64,000 bases of DNA from Epiperipatus broadwayi (GCA_028023455.1 JAQFVV010000003.1:25730001-25794000); one strand, 5' to 3'; numbered from the stretch's first letter, positions 12,741-28,819 are shown. Numbers and translations are program-made. The notes: a model not told the origin generated them from the sequence alone.

Positions 12741-13239
12741 TGTAATATTTAAACAGCATTAAACTGTTGCACATGCGCTTTGCAGATTTTAACTATAAAT
12801 GACTGAATACTAACACTTCAAACACATGATAAAGTCTTTGGAAAAGATAGAGTGGCCATCTATCTTTTCAAACCCAAACGCTTTTGGATGGGCCAATCTT
12901 AAGTGTTTGAAAGTGAAGATATTAAATAATCACTTTAAATTACTTTTACATGCTTGAATGAATGATGCTAGTAAAATTTATTAGAATTTACGATAGGTCA
13001 TTCTTATTTGAAATTAAATGTATATAAATAAATCAATTAAGATTTGCCCATACAAAAGCGTTTGGGTTCAAAAAGATAGATGGCCACTCTATCTTTTCCA
13101 AAGACTTTATCATGTGTTTGAAGTGTTAGTATTCAGTCATTTATAGTTAAAATCTGCAAAGCGCATGTGCAACAGTTTAATGCTGTTTAAATATTACAGT
13201 TTATAAACATCGCGCTATATAAAATAATTGATTTATTTT
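12741..13239. repeat. TGGCCA-hairpin family foldback: arms 12741-12902 / 13037-13198, with extension to 13239
   Basis: Near-identical inverted arms; high similarity to 57484-58058. Confidence 0.9.
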
Positions 13240-13250
13240 GAAGTGATATT

Positions 13251-13424
13251 ATATGTGTGGGAGATGATAATCTGGACCAAGTGATGATTGCTGATTTAGC
13301 ATGAAATACGTATATTGGTAATTATTTATCTTTTCAGCATATATGTGCTTGAGTGTATCAGTGTTATTAGATAGAGTGGAGAGTGGTGGGTCGTGTGAAA
13401 GTCTGTGCTCATATACCCTATATA
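13251..13424 (+). mobile_element. Family 1b HHR element; HHR at 13267-13325 probably inactive (C3>G)
   Basis: CCAA-GUGAUGA-UUGCUG-AUU-UAGCAU-GAAA-U-ACGU-A-UA/UUGG; ends at CCCTATATA; relative at 43373-43468. Confidence 0.75.
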
Positions 13425-14929
13425 TTAGAAGTGATATTGTAAAACTACATTGTAGCAATTGTAGGATAACTAAAAAAAAACTAGAAAAATCAAAAGAAAG
13501 TCATTAGTAGCAGAATTCCATTACTAGTCAGAATGGTATGGAGAATGATGTTATTGGTCCATATTCCAATGTATGTGCAGTTATCAAGTTCAAATAATAT
13601 AGATGATAAATCTGAGTTAAAGGTTTTCAGCATTTAACCAAATTGTATGTATATATATTTAATAACATTACAGTATCTTGTATTTAAACTTTGTATGAGT
13701 ATTATATATACGTGTATGTGTTTAATCTACTTGTACAGAAAAAGAGAACCTGCTAATAATTAAATTCACTATTATATACATTATCTATCTATACTGAAGT
13801 CTGTTGTACATACATATAGAAGCCATAAGCATATATATATATATATCTTTTTTTTTTCACATATAATGGGTATATTATTTTAAATTAATTCCACTACTAA
13901 AATAATGCAAAAAATATTTTTATTGTCCAAAAGAAAGAGAATCTCATTTACAGTAACTTTTATAAACTAACAAAAGAAAATAACTTTAAATCAATTAGCA
14001 TTAGCCAAATAATCTAAAAAAATTCACAGGAAAAGAACAAATCAACTGATAAATATAATATTTCAAGAGAAAAAGAATTAAAAAAATTAAATAATATGGA
14101 TTTTGTTTAAAAAAATATTTTATTTTGTTTATAACACTTGATTAAGTTATATTAAATGATAATTAAAATTCTAAAGTTTTAAATTTTAATCAATGTTTGT
14201 ATTTGATAAATGCAAATGTAGAAAGAATTATTAATATTGTAGCTGTCTCTGTGACTTTGCTCATGTTAGTAGAAAATTACCAAATTTTAAAAACAATTAA
14301 TTATCATAATGCAAAAATCCAAACAAAAAGAAAAAACATTGTAAAAGATTCATCAAAATTGTTGGAATATCTTAAGTTACAAACAAACTTTCAAATTTAA
14401 TAAACCATAAAGACATAGTATTCCTGAATTCTTAGTTTTGGAGTTCTAGTATTTATTTATCCTGATTTTTGACTAATTATAGTAAGTAATATTTATATGT
14501 AATAATAATATATAAGTTATCAACAACAATTAAAAATCACTATTATAATGCATTTAAATTATAATAAATAATAATATATATATATAACAGCTATATATAT
14601 TAATAATAATAATTATACATAAAAAGCCTTTGCAAGCATATGATTTTGTTCCCTTTTCCATTGTTAAGCATCTATTTTAACATTAATCAAAACATAAATA
14701 TAACAATAAAATTATGATACAGAGATTCGTATTTTATTTTGTTATTATTGTTACATTATATTTTCCAGAAAGTAATTAGGATTTTGATACATTTTATATT
14801 GCAAGTAATAATTTATGAGTTAACAACAGCAGTATCCCAAAAAACACAAAAAAAATCTAATTTTTTTCTATGAAATTTTAAAATAGTTGTATTTTTTTCA
14901 CATTCTATTTGCAAATGAGAAATTAAATA

Positions 14930-15580
14930 TCTGGCCTCAGGCCACAATGCCACCCTCTTTTTTGCATTTTTATGATATCATTACTGTCATATTTGACCTT
15001 GTCTTTAGAAGTGGACTATTCCAGATTCCTTGCCTGATTGGCTAGCACCTGGTCACTATCCAATGGGGATAAATCCCCTTCATTGGGGTTGGCACATATA
15101 ATCTGAGTGTTTCCAGTAAAGTAGGGGATCTGCCATTTAATAGTCAGCCTTTGGAGGCAAGGCAGAGAGAGTAATTACTTCTATCAACCTGAATGACTGA
15201 ACATGCTCTCCAATAAACCCTCTGCCATCAGCAAAGATATTTTCTCTAGTAATTATCATGACATCCATGTCCACAACTGACTCGAGGCAAGCTGGAAGAG
15301 TCAGAATTACAGCAAACTTGAGGCAAGCTGTCTTGTACAGCCAGAAGAGTCTCTTACCAGAGCTCACAAGGCAGGCTACTTATTTAGCTGGAAGTGAGTT
15401 CCAATAGTCGGCATGACTAGCCCAGGATTCAATTGTATAAACTATATTTATTTGTTTGCTTAACTAATATGAGTATATATTTTTTGTAACTAATGAATTG
15501 TACATATTAATTGTTGAGTGGTTGTCATCATTTGTCTGTTAGTTTGTATCGGAGCCTACAAGCCTAACCAAACACAACAA
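14930..15580. mobile_element. GC-richer LTR-like fragment, unclassified
   Basis: Compositional step, repeated GAGGCAAG motifs, ends in ACACAACA; no protein motif recognised. Confidence 0.3.
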
Positions 15581-16499
15581 TTACAAATTTCAATGCATTT
15601 TTATATTGCAAATTACCAAAGTTTTTAAAACAATTAAGTATCATAAAGCAAAAATTTATAGCCTATAAAATTCTTTACACACACAAAAAAGAAAATGGTT
15701 CAAGTTTCATAATCAATTATGCAATATTTGTTGAGTTATAAAGTAACAACAAACAAACAAACTTTCACATTTATGTTTTAATATAGATTGGGAAAATAAT
15801 TTATATTAAATTAATAATTAAAATATTTTGTATAATTAAATGCAAAAGTGCATATGTTTAAATATAGGTGACCTATTTAAGTTGTTTACCATTTACATAC
15901 AAAAAGTAATAATTGGCTTGTAGATTTAAGATAAATAATAATTAAATAATTGAAATAGTTTTGTATTATTAGAAGCATATAGATGTGCATGTATATACAT
16001 GTCTTCTATTTATAATCAATTATAATTTGTTTGGTTTTTAATCTAAAGAAATAATTACTATCCATGTGATTTTATAAATAAGTTAAAAACAAATATAACA
16101 ATTTTTTGTGTTACAGGAAAATATTTGTCAGATCTTCTATTGTTATGATTTTTAATTAATTAATAAAATTATTAAATCATTATTTTAAATTGTTATAATG
16201 AATTCATTTAAGTATTTTCATATTTACTCATGTACACATATATTCTATTAGTCTTGCTATCATGTAGTTAGCTCTATTCAATAATGGAATTTGATATGTG
16301 CATGGATTGTGCCTAACGTTAAAAGTTTTCATTCATAGAGTTAAAAGTTTTAATACAAACTGATTCTGTATTATTACTTAGAATCACATTTAACATCTAC
16401 ATACTTGATTAACATTATAGGTGTTTGTTATTTTATTTACTACCAGTACACTAATGATACTAAATGACCATGAACTAATATATTCTTGTTAAAAGAACT

Positions 16500-16760
16500 T
16501 CAAAAGTGAGAAGTGCAACTTTTTTGCTATACAATCTCTGGCTTACAAAATGTGAATTGGTATTCAACCAATTCAATATAAATCCACAACAAATCATATT
16601 AAGAAAACTAACAGCTACAAAAAATAGAGAGCAGCAAATAGCCCCGCAATTTTCTCATGAAAACACATGGGGTCTAATAAAGCTGGAAACATCAACAGAT
16701 TTGGGGCTAACAAATCCTTATACTAAAATAACTAGTGATGCAGAAGAGTAAACAAGAAGA
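16500..16760 (+). mobile_element. Relic of L1/Tx1-clade ORF2 C-terminus
   Basis: RSATFLLYNLWLTKCELVF resembles RSATFITFCLWFVRCFLIF in the 35.8-37.1 kb LINE. Confidence 0.5.
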
Positions 16761-19176
16761 CCAGCAAGTGCTCAAAGTCAACACAGGACAGTAAAACCAC
16801 GAGGCAACTCAGAACAAGATTTAGACTTTACCTTATTTAAAATGATATCCTTTTACAAAATAGATGTAGAATTTCTTTTTTTTTTTCTTTCATTAACCAC
16901 TGTACACATAGTTAATAAACATTCTTGATAAAAATAAAAAAAAGTAATATACATTTATATATCATTTCATATGTTATTAGTCATATAGCATTTATTTATG
17001 AACATTACAAATGATTGCTGATTATTTACCTTTATTTAACTCTGTTTTATTGCATCACATTACATTCATTTATAAATGGTTGCATCATTCTGTGGTCATT
17101 TGTGGTACTTTCTATAGTGACATTTCTTTATATTTTATCATTTTGTTGTAGTATACGAGATATAATAAAATAGCTATTAAATAACATATTACAGAATAAA
17201 GGGCTCTCAACAGCTGCACTACAAGAACAATGATACAGAAAGTATTATGATATTATCCAATTTCCAGATAATGTTAATTTGAGTGATTTTCACTTTTATT
17301 TTACTCTCTAACTAAAAATTACCGATCAAGATTAAATAATTAGCTAGATTGTTTATGGACCAACTATTTGAAATAAAAGTTTTAAACCTGTTTGAAACCT
17401 AAATAAATGTTTAAATTTTATCTTTCCAGGTTTCAAACACAGCTATAAACATGGATATACACATTCAACATCTCAAGTTCTTTGTTTATAACTACATGTA
17501 AGTATACAATTATATGAAGAAATATTTATTCGCCTTGGTACTTTAACATTTTCTTCTTATAAGAGGAAATAAATATGTATTATATTATATAATTAGTGGA
17601 TTTCTAGGTGGAAGTAAAAAAGATAATTTTATTATAATTATTTTGTTTGTTTTTATTAAGTACAACAAAAAACTGTTGCCTATAAAATAAAAATAAAAAC
17701 TGAAAGCTTAAATTCTTTTTTAACTTCCAGCAGATCACTAACTAAAAACTTTTTTTCCTCTGTCAGTTTGTCTGTGTTGATTTGAAAAGCTTTCTACCAG
17801 GTGTCTAATAGATATTCCCTGTCGGCTTGCTTGCATTTAACAATAGGAGGCATGAGAGAAAGAACAGGTAGTTAAAAGGGCTTTGTCCAACAATATTTAC
17901 AGGTGTGCATTATAAAAATGATTATGAATGTTTGCCCAGATGCATAATTCACTAAACTGTGATTTGATTCATTAGAATTAGAAGACTGTGCAACATCTGG
18001 AGCTACAGAAACTGTTTGCGTCCATTCAAAGTTAGTGCGTTCAATAACATCCTTTTACTTAATCTTGTATAGGCATTCTCAAGGACAGCTACCAGTGATT
18101 TATCACTCGATGTCATCGGATCCTTTTCATTTAAATAATAAACTATATTGTATAGAATGCTTATAAAGACAGTTTTGTTAATAAATTTAAATAAACAATA
18201 ATAAATAAAAATTTAATGTTTATATAATTTGTAACTAATATAAGTCTCCTAGATAACTTGGTTCAAAACCAAGCTATAGTTCTTGACCTAGTCACTAATG
18301 ATTTGAGTCCACTTTCAGCTAAATAAAATTTAAAACGTTCATATTGGTCTATGAAATGGAATTGTTGTGTCCAATTTATCATTTGAGTGCTGGAATGTAT
18401 GTCATTCCAAACAACTAACCATATAATTTTTATTTGCTCCAAACTGTTTAGTACAATGGTAAAACTAATGATTCTTGGAGTAAATCTTAATCTACCATGT
18501 CTAGTGCTATGTCTTCTAATCAATTAATCATTCAATTTTCAGCAATTACTTATCACAATTTTTTATCTCACACTGAATGAAACTATTAAGCTTGGAACTT
18601 TATTTGAATTCATAATCAAGTGACCAGGTGATAAATATAAACCATTGTTTTAATATAGTTTATGGTATCATCTCATACTAGATCTACAACATAAACTTTA
18701 ATGAGCACAGTTGTTTAAAGTATAATTATAAATCATGAGCAAAGCATATGTTTATGACATTTGATTAACAAACTTTTATATAATCAGTAAAACAAACATT
18801 ATTTTATAGATACAGAGAACTGAACACACATTTACCAATCAATATTAGGTAGCTCCCTAAAATCATTTACATGAAAAAGAATATAAATTTCTCATTTATC
18901 TACAAAAAAATTCCAAGTTTTTCTCTAGATTTAGAACTCAGTTTATGGCTGTACTGGAATAATGTTTGCACACTATAGTATGAGAACCTTCATCCTTTAA
19001 TATGATACAATAATATAGACATTATCACATATACTTTATACAAAGAATGAGAAAGATTTTACTTTTGTTCAATAATGCTAATATTATATACGTATAAAAA
19101 TTATGTGCATTAATGATATAAGAGATTTTAATATAGCTCTGAATGTCATCTATGTATGTTCATTGTGCATCTAAAT

Positions 19177-20292
19177 CAGTGGTCTTCAACCCTTGGAACA
19201 CAGACCAGCGCTGGTCCGCAGAAGTTTTTTGCCGGTCCACGCTAAACTGGCAGAAAAGTTTGGAATAACAAAATAATAAGATTTTAAACTTTTAATTAAT
19301 ATAAACAATTTTTATTTATTTTTTCATCGCAATTGCTTAAATAAAATTAATTATAAATCAAAATTTTATTTAAATTAGTAGATAATACTATAATTACTAA
19401 ATAATAATCATAGGAATTTATCTGAAAATGCAATCTTTAAAAGACAAAGTGTCAATCTCATGATAATTGCAACACTCCTAACTCATCAATTTCTATATCT
19501 AGTAAGCATTTCTGTATTGCATCATCTCATTTATTGGATACATATAGCAAAAAATTTTATTGCATTTGTATCATCTTTTTATTTTGTGTGTGTCATTTCT
19601 TTTTGAAATTGTAAACTTCACAAAATGGAGACAGATCATTGATGATGATTTCTCTTCATTGAGAACATAAATCTATTATCTTTTTTTTTTTTTGGCAAAA
19701 TGACATCTTTATAATGATTGTTTTATTTCTATGTGACACTTTACCAAAACAACTTTCCGTTCTGTTTTTTTTTTTTAATTGGGTAAAAATGAGATTAAAA
19801 TAACACTAGATTCAAAATGAAAAAAAAAAAGAAAGTTTTTTATTATGCAAACTCCATATATATATATATATATATATAACTTCATCTTATATATTTAACA
19901 TTAATACAGATATTACATTTATCATAATCATTGTCATGTAATTACACTAGTTATGATATTTCCCAACATTCAGGTGAATAACATTTTATTTTTGCATGTT
20001 TTAACAATTAAATAATAAACATAGCAATGCAGGCACATTAATGAGAATGTACTGTTTTCTGTAGCAGTATGACTGTGTAACTCGAGAAAAAGTGTTCAGC
20101 ATGTGAAGGTAAGAAACACCATTACAATACTCAATAACTAGTGTGTTGTTTTGGTCAGTTATAACAATTATACTCATCTAAGGCTAAGCAGTTTAAATCT
20201 TTTAAAAAAATTATCTGTAGACTTCTGCTGGTCCACAAAATCTTATCCTTATTTTTGCCAGTCTGCAAGTGTAAAAAGGTTGAAGACCACTG
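19177..20292. mobile_element. Non-autonomous hAT (Charlie-like) DNA transposon
   Basis: Perfect 15-bp TIR CAGTGGTCTTCAACC / GGTTGAAGACCACTG; 8-bp TSD ATCTAAAT at 19169-19176 and 20293-20300. Confidence 0.93.
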
Positions 20293-21967
20293 ATCTAAAT
20301 TATGTATCTTCCCACTTTTTTATAATATAGATGAAAATATTGTATATTTATAGAGATTGTGCATCTAAATGATGTGGGTTTCTAAAATTCTAAGCTTCAG
20401 TAGTAATAATGGTGCTAATACTGAAGTTTAGAATTATGTTATAAAAAGTGAAGCCCTTATATCATTTAAATGCATAATCACCAAAAATATATAATAATTA
20501 GAGCAATATTATGAAAAAAGAGAAAATGCTTGCAATATTTAGACACAATTAATATTGTCAAAGTTACATTATAACAAATGAAGTCTCTTACATAATTTTT
20601 AAACAACAATGAAGCTTTGTATAACATCAAAGGCATATATGTATATAAATGCCTTTATATATGATATTCAGAGTTTCATTATAACAAATGATGTAAGAGA
20701 TTCCAAGAAATAATATCATGAATTCATCATTTATCCATGAGAATATTAGAATATATATATGGAACAGTAAATATTACTATTATAAATTGCCTAACATATT
20801 GGAGGCCAAATATTATAACTATAAATGGGGTGGAATATATTATTAGTAATTACTAAGCTAACCTACATGTTAAGAAGTTAAATGTTTTAATCACAAAAAT
20901 ATATTAGAGTGATGAGATATAATAAATATGGGATATCTAAATACACAGGACACAATCATTAATGTAATTAATAGATAAAGAGTATTTTATTGAATTCAAC
21001 TATATTCACTAAAATAAATAGTATAAATGTTAGCTAAATCAAAATCTAGCTAGGATAAACTGTATATAAGTCTCTGTTTATATTTCTTATATTTTTAATT
21101 AATACATTTCCAAAATGTATATGTCTAATGTACAATACTAATTTTTTAAAGACACTATGGCTGAATATGTATTCTAATCACTCTTAAAAAGAAATATTTA
21201 TTCATATATCTCAGAGTAAAGTAAAATTTATTAAATATAAATATTAGCAGTTTGTATCTTTAAAATGTGACCCAAATGAATGATAAGTGATATAATCTTA
21301 TTAAAAAAAAAAGAAAGCTAAGTTTAATTAATAAATAAATTCAAATTTTATTTACATTGAGTAGCAAAAAAAAAAGTAAAAAATGAGTTATGATTGGTCA
21401 TCTGCTATTATCTCCAGCTTCTAGCACCTAATTTTTTTAAAAATAAATTAAATACTTTTACATTGCTCATAATATCTGATCCTTTATAAATGATCATTAA
21501 GATTGTATTTTATTTAGCATAAAATTGCTTAGCATTGAATAAATTTTAAATAAATTAAGTATATTTTTTCTTGGGTTGATGATTTAACTAACTTAGACTT
21601 AGCTCCATTAAATACAATTTATTCTGATTAAACCTCAGTATATTTTTATAAATATCATTTTTCAAAAAAAAAATACTATGGCAGCAATTTCATATGCTAT
21701 ACTGTGGCTTAACTATAAAAAATACTCTACATATACACATACTTCTTCATCTGCTATGAAACAAGAGGAATGCTTTTCATCTCTTAAATAAATATATGAA
21801 ATAAAGGAGAACCACTATTTATAAATATAGAAACATTTCAATTTTAATATTTTCAATAAGGAGCTATTATTTTTAAACAAAAAAACATCTCATCACCAAA
21901 ATTCACATCACCATTAAAAATATACATAAATTAAAAGTAAATTATCATAAAAATAAATTTTAACTCT

Positions 21968-22087
21968 ATACAACCTTTGTGAAATTTTAATTTTATTCAT
22001 CCAAGATTAATTCTTCTACACAAAATAATACAACCTTTGTTAAATTTAAATTTCATTCATCCAAGGTTAATTCTTCCTCATAAAATA
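21968..22087. repeat. Tandem duplication, 2 x 60 bp
   Basis: ATACAACCTTTGT..TTCATCCAAG..TTAATTCTTC at 21968 and 22028. Confidence 0.8.
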
Positions 22088-23952
22088 AATGTTGTGTATG
22101 CAATATAATTTTATGTTATTAAATAAGGTATGTTCTGAGAAAATGTTAATTTTCATAGTAGTAAATTTTTTTAATATAATTTAGCATTTTTAAAAATAAA
22201 AATTATATACCACTATTACAGTTCTATTTCAAAATAAAGTGTCTCTGAATATCTTTCCCCATGGCAGTATAAAATATATGGGAAAAGTGGAGATTGCAGA
22301 AAAGATCCATTAGCAACTAGGGGGGAATTTTTAAAGTTCTTTTGGTCTAATTGTTGATAAAAGTTGCTTACTATAAGTTACAGTGATCTGATAAAATCAA
22401 TTACCGGTTTTTTTTGGAAATTTTTAATAAATTCTATAGCAGTTGATTTTTAAAATTTCTTCTCAGGATAGTTAGATAGATTATTTTTAAACATACAATT
22501 TGAAGATAGTTTTCTATGCCAAATGGACAGACAGAGCAGTTGAAAGGTTATGAACTTCTAAACAAATTTAGCTTAACTACCCATGTTTATTAATTACTTA
22601 TACATAATAAAAGTTTTATAAAATATACTTGTAAAATATCAGTAAAAATAAGCAATGGCAAACAGTAGTGTTAATGGCAATGGCCATTTTAAAACTTGTT
22701 AAGTACATATATAACCTCTGGTTGACAGGCTATTGTTACAGCACTTTTCAATCATATAGTTTTACCTCCACATTTCATGTACATGCCATATATTGTTTAA
22801 TCTGAAGAAAAGCATGCTCACAGTAACAATGATAACTCTTAAAAGATTTCACATCAGAGGGAGCAAAAGATTGATTGATTGAGTTAATTCAAGAGCCATA
22901 TTTTAATATATGTTATTTAAAACAATGATATATTTTTATTTAAATCATAAAAAGAAAAACATTAGGAATTAATGCAAATATATTTTTAATGTAATTTATT
23001 ATATCTGAAAAACAGATTATTATAATAAATTTTATTTATTTTATTTGCTAATATTTGAGGAGTAAATGTTTAAAATTTCATATGTATATAGTTGTTTAAT
23101 TACTTTCATAGATCACTAAATATTACAGTTGCTATATCATGTATGATTTGGCAGTGTATTAACATGGCAGACTTGAATTTAAAATCTCTGGATTGACCAA
23201 CATCATTTGTCAAGTTGATGCTTATGTGTTATGTGCCTCCTACGAAAAATAATTTATGTACAAAATATTTACAAATAAGGATCTAGTAAAAAAAAACTAA
23301 AAAAATTTTAAACTAAGCTTTTAATTATGTAAATTACTTTTTTTAATTGTAGATTACTTGATTTTTTTATGTTATCAAGAGCAACTACCAATCTAGTGCC
23401 TTCTATAGTAAGATTAAGTTTATTAACTTTCAAATGTTAATTGTCAGATGTATGATGTAAATACAATGCAAAATATTACATTTTAATAAAAATAAATAAA
23501 ATAAATTACTTAAATAAATTATATTAAAATTAATAAAGCATTTCTCCATTATTTTAAATATTCATATACACACACCCTACTACCGTTATTATAAAAATAA
23601 ATGATTATTAATATTGCATATTACTAGCTGCCCATGTAAAAATATTTCAAAATATTTATATGAATAACAAAGTTAAAACAGTTATAAATATTTAAAATAA
23701 TTCTGTTTGCAAATAATTAAAATTGCTATATTAGATTCTTAAAAATAAATACAATTATAGTATTGTGAGATTAGTAAATTTAACAAGTAAGTGTTAAGAC
23801 ATGGGTAGGATAGCTTTCCATTAGGCTAATATTTTTTAAAATCATAAATATTATTAAAGTCTGTATTTGATCTAATCATCATAATACATATATATATATT
23901 GTAACATGCATGATCTCTTTAAAAGACATGATAATATAAATTAAAATTTTTA

Positions 23953-24958
<1,006 letters not shown>

Positions 24959-26869
24959 TAGGTTTTATACCTTATAAAACAATTTTTACAATTCCAAGAT
25001 GTGTCTCATATATTATAGCTTTTAAGATTTTATATCAATTTTAAAAATTATGGCACCATCATATCCTATTGAATTTTAATGTACTCATGTACACTGGATT
25101 AAATTTTAAAATGAATAATACACTGTAAAAACATATAATATTGTAAGCATGTGAATAAGTTATTCAAAATAAGATAAATAAAATAATAATTATATTCATT
25201 TATACATAATGTTAAAATGATTTACATTTGTAACATAACCTTTAATATATTTGAATGTGCGCGAATGTTTATTTTGCATATTTGATCTATTTTAAAATTT
25301 AAAGAGGTGGAAGTCTCTATTATAATAAGGAAAATAGGGAAAGTTGTGAGACTTTGTTTCCTTAAACATTTATATGTTTACTGTAGCACTTTATCTTTAT
25401 AAATATTAAGAGAATGCATTTAAAAGAAGTTCCCCTTTTAGATGCAAAAAGTGTTTACTGTTTTTATTGGTCATTGTCTATATCATCTATGATTTTTTTT
25501 AAATAAAGTAGAACAGTTATTTCCACATTCTTAAAAATATTTCAACAATATCAACTATTAAAAATTATTAATATATATATATATTTATCAACTATTAAAA
25601 ATTATTAATATATATATATATTAGATGGATAACAATTTTTATCTAAACTTAAAATTTTCCTTTAAATAGCTGAACCATAACTAACTCACTTGGTTTTCCC
25701 TATTTTATTGAGAATGTTTTTCTTGACAGATTATTTCAATATATTGTATTTTTTACAATAGCAAAATGTTTGTAATTAATATAACTGCTGCTTTTTAAAT
25801 TTATATATTATAATAGTAAATAAATAATGCAATAATGGGATTTAAAAACAATCGAATCACTAATTTCAACTTAAAATAATGACAAAGAGACATAAAAAAG
25901 ACCCACAAGAACCCACTCATTGAACACTTCTTATAAGACTGACTGAAATATATGCTTATATATGTGTGTGTAGTAGCACGACATGCTTGGATGTTTGTAA
26001 AGTATAGTGAATGCTGAACCTGTGAAGAACATATCATTAAGCATGTGTAATGTAGTGTCATATTTACAGTGGACTAATTAACTCTCCACTCTTAACCAAA
26101 ATAATAAAATGAATTAATAAAACTTTTTTCAAGGTTTAAATAATGATGGGAACCTACTCCACCACTCATTATAATGTTTAATAAATTTTAAAAAGGAATG
26201 ATGTTAACACATACCTTTACTTACATAAACAATCAGAGACAGAAAAATGCAAATTGCCTCCATGATATGTTTCATTTAAAATAATAATTTTTTCTGATTT
26301 TATAAAAGTAATGATGAATGCTAACATAATTTTAAAAGTACATTTATTTATTAACATGCATAAATAAAAGTACATTGCAATTATGTGATAGTTATATGAT
26401 ACATTCCATTTTTAGATTTAATCATTGTGCATATTATAGAGTGAATAAAGTTTATTGTCTCAAATGTGAAGAGTAATTGTCTGATAGATCTCCTATTGTT
26501 GACATATGTGCTTTTTTAATTTCATTTAACTTTTTGTGTGTAAATGTGACTTTCTCAGTTCATACCCCCCCCCCCCAGGGTAAGTTGAGAATCACTAATC
26601 TAAAAGTAAAAATAAATAAATTGCTACTTATATTTTAACATGCATACACATATACAACAGATTTTTTATGTGTATAGAATGTACATGTAAATTTTAAGTA
26701 CAGACAAATTTAAAAAAATTAATATAGCAACCTAGATATTGATAATAAATTGAGAAAACACATGCATATATTTACAGAACTGTATGCATGCATGTTTAAT
26801 AAATTTATTAAGAAATAATATTGTAATAAAACATACTTTATTATTATTTTTTTATATTTATACAAAATG

Positions 26870-27330
26870 GACAACAGAGATTTGAGATTATTAATCTTCT
26901 GAAGCCATTAATGTATCAGAATCAAGAAGATTATGGAGTATCATTTTGTTTTGATATATTTTAAAAAATAGTGTGATGGGAAGTTATTGTCTTTTTTTTC
27001 TTAATTCATTAAACTCATCTTGCAATAATTTTATGTGTAGATTGCTAGCTATCATGGGTTCATTTTCCATGATTGTATTCTTCATATTCTAGGCAGCCAT
27101 CCTTTACTTGCAGTGAATTATTTGGTATTGCATGTTTCACATTCTTGGCCAAATTCTTGTTAAATACCTAATGCTTACTGATGCAACACAAGATCATCAC
27201 TCATAATGTTCTTATGATTCATGTCATTCGGCAATAGACTTAAGGATTTATTGGTTTTGACCAACAAATTTGTTCCTTACTTAGTTTACAACTTTAGCTG
27301 TTTTAGAACCACAAGCAACAAATCTACTTC
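26870..27330 (-). mobile_element. Tigger/pogo transposase relic
   Basis: Minus-strand FTASKGWL (27093-27117) matches the pogo/Tigger CENP-B-type F.ASKGW motif; heavily disrupted. Confidence 0.6.
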
Positions 27331-27806
27331 TCCCTCTTTATTATTTCTATAATAGAAAATTCTTTTTTGTTTTGATAAATAGAGCCCACTTCTGAATAAG
27401 GCTTCTTTTTTATTAAATCAAACAATTTTCATTTTCTTCTTAATGAAAGTACTTTACGGTGTTTTTTTCAATCACCAGTAATGATTTTTTTAAAAAAAGA
27501 CAGTATTTTATTAAAGATATATTATACAGAATAAAAAATTTTGAAGAAAAAAAATGCTAGGAAAAATACCAGTACCCATACTTTTAATAATGCTGCTGAA
27601 CTGAACATATGTTGCACAAAAAAAAAGTCTCATGTAAATTTACACTTGAGAAAGTGATATTTAGCAGAAAAAATGGCTGCCACTATAAAAAGATTCTTAA
27701 AATTTAAAAAGTTTGCAAATTTCATTGTTTTTATTATTTATTTGCTTACATTTTTTGTTTATTTACATTTGTTTTGGGATAGCATATAATTAAAGTCACA
27801 TAGTTA

Positions 27807-28819
27807 TCATGTTTCCCAAAAAATAAGATGGATCTTCTATTAATTTTTGTTCTAAAAGATACCTTAAAGTTTATTTTCAGGGGATGTCTTATTTTTTCAG
27901 ATACAAAAATCTATATTTATATTTATTTATGCATTTATTAATTTATGAAACTGAAAAGTTGGAACATGAAATCTGTTTTTTTATTTTTAGGGAGGGAAAA
28001 TGACAAAAAAAAAACCAGTTGTACTGTTTGAATCAACTTTAAGGAAGTAGCTCTGGAAAAACACAAATTTATGGGTGGTTTAATAGAAGTGATAAATTCA
28101 TCATATTCCAAAAAAGCGTGCAAATGAAGTCAAATATCAAGACGATTGCTGATTTTTTTAAAAAATGCAAATGGCATTGTTCATTCAGAATTCATTCATA
28201 ATGATCAGATATTTAAAATCTATACATTCTGAAACTTTCATGATGCAGTAAAATGTAAATGTTCTATTTTGTGGAAAATGGAGGAGTGTGTATTTCATCA
28301 TGACAATGCTATCACATAAAGCTTGAGTATGAAATTATTTTTAATTAATTCACCATGATCCAGCTTATCCACTTACCACATTCACTTGGTCTCACTTTGT
28401 GCAATATTTTTTAAATTTCTTGAGTGAAAAAATGTCTCAATTTTTTTTTATGTGTGTGAATATAGAAGTGGTAAAGAAAAAACGATTGAGGTGTTAAAAT
28501 GCATCATTTTATAAGTGTTTTCAAACTACTTCAAAAAGTGAAAAACACATTTAGATTGGTGCCTTGCATTAAATAGTCTAGTGATTCAATTTGCAATACC
28601 TACAAAATAAATATATAATTTTTATTACAAAATTCTGATTATATTTGGATTCCCCCTTGTATAATTAAATACATATGTGTATTTCAACAGATGACTGATA
28701 TCCATCTGTCTTGTTGACAATCTTAAGTAGGCCTTACATTTAAAGTAGAGCTTATGAGCATCCTGAAAAATCATACTAGGCTTATTTTCTGGTTAGATCT
28801 TATTTTCAGGGAAAGATGG
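27807..28819. mobile_element. pogo/Tigger-type non-autonomous element with a nested mariner fragment
   Basis: TIRs TCATGTTTCCCAAAAAATAAGA and the reverse complement of TCTTATTTTCAGGGAAAGATGG (18/22 match); TA on both flanks. Confidence 0.75.
28090..28659 (+). mobile_element. Mariner transposase C-terminal relic with right TIR
   Basis: NGIVHSEFI, FHHDNA (about 28295-28310), HLPHSLGLTLCNIF (YSPDL-like); ends TTTGGATTCCCCCTTG followed by TA. Confidence 0.85.

Noticed and set aside
17740-18523. Protein-like minus-strand frames as host exons
   Set aside because: Frameshifted, no convincing splice sites, no recognisable family.
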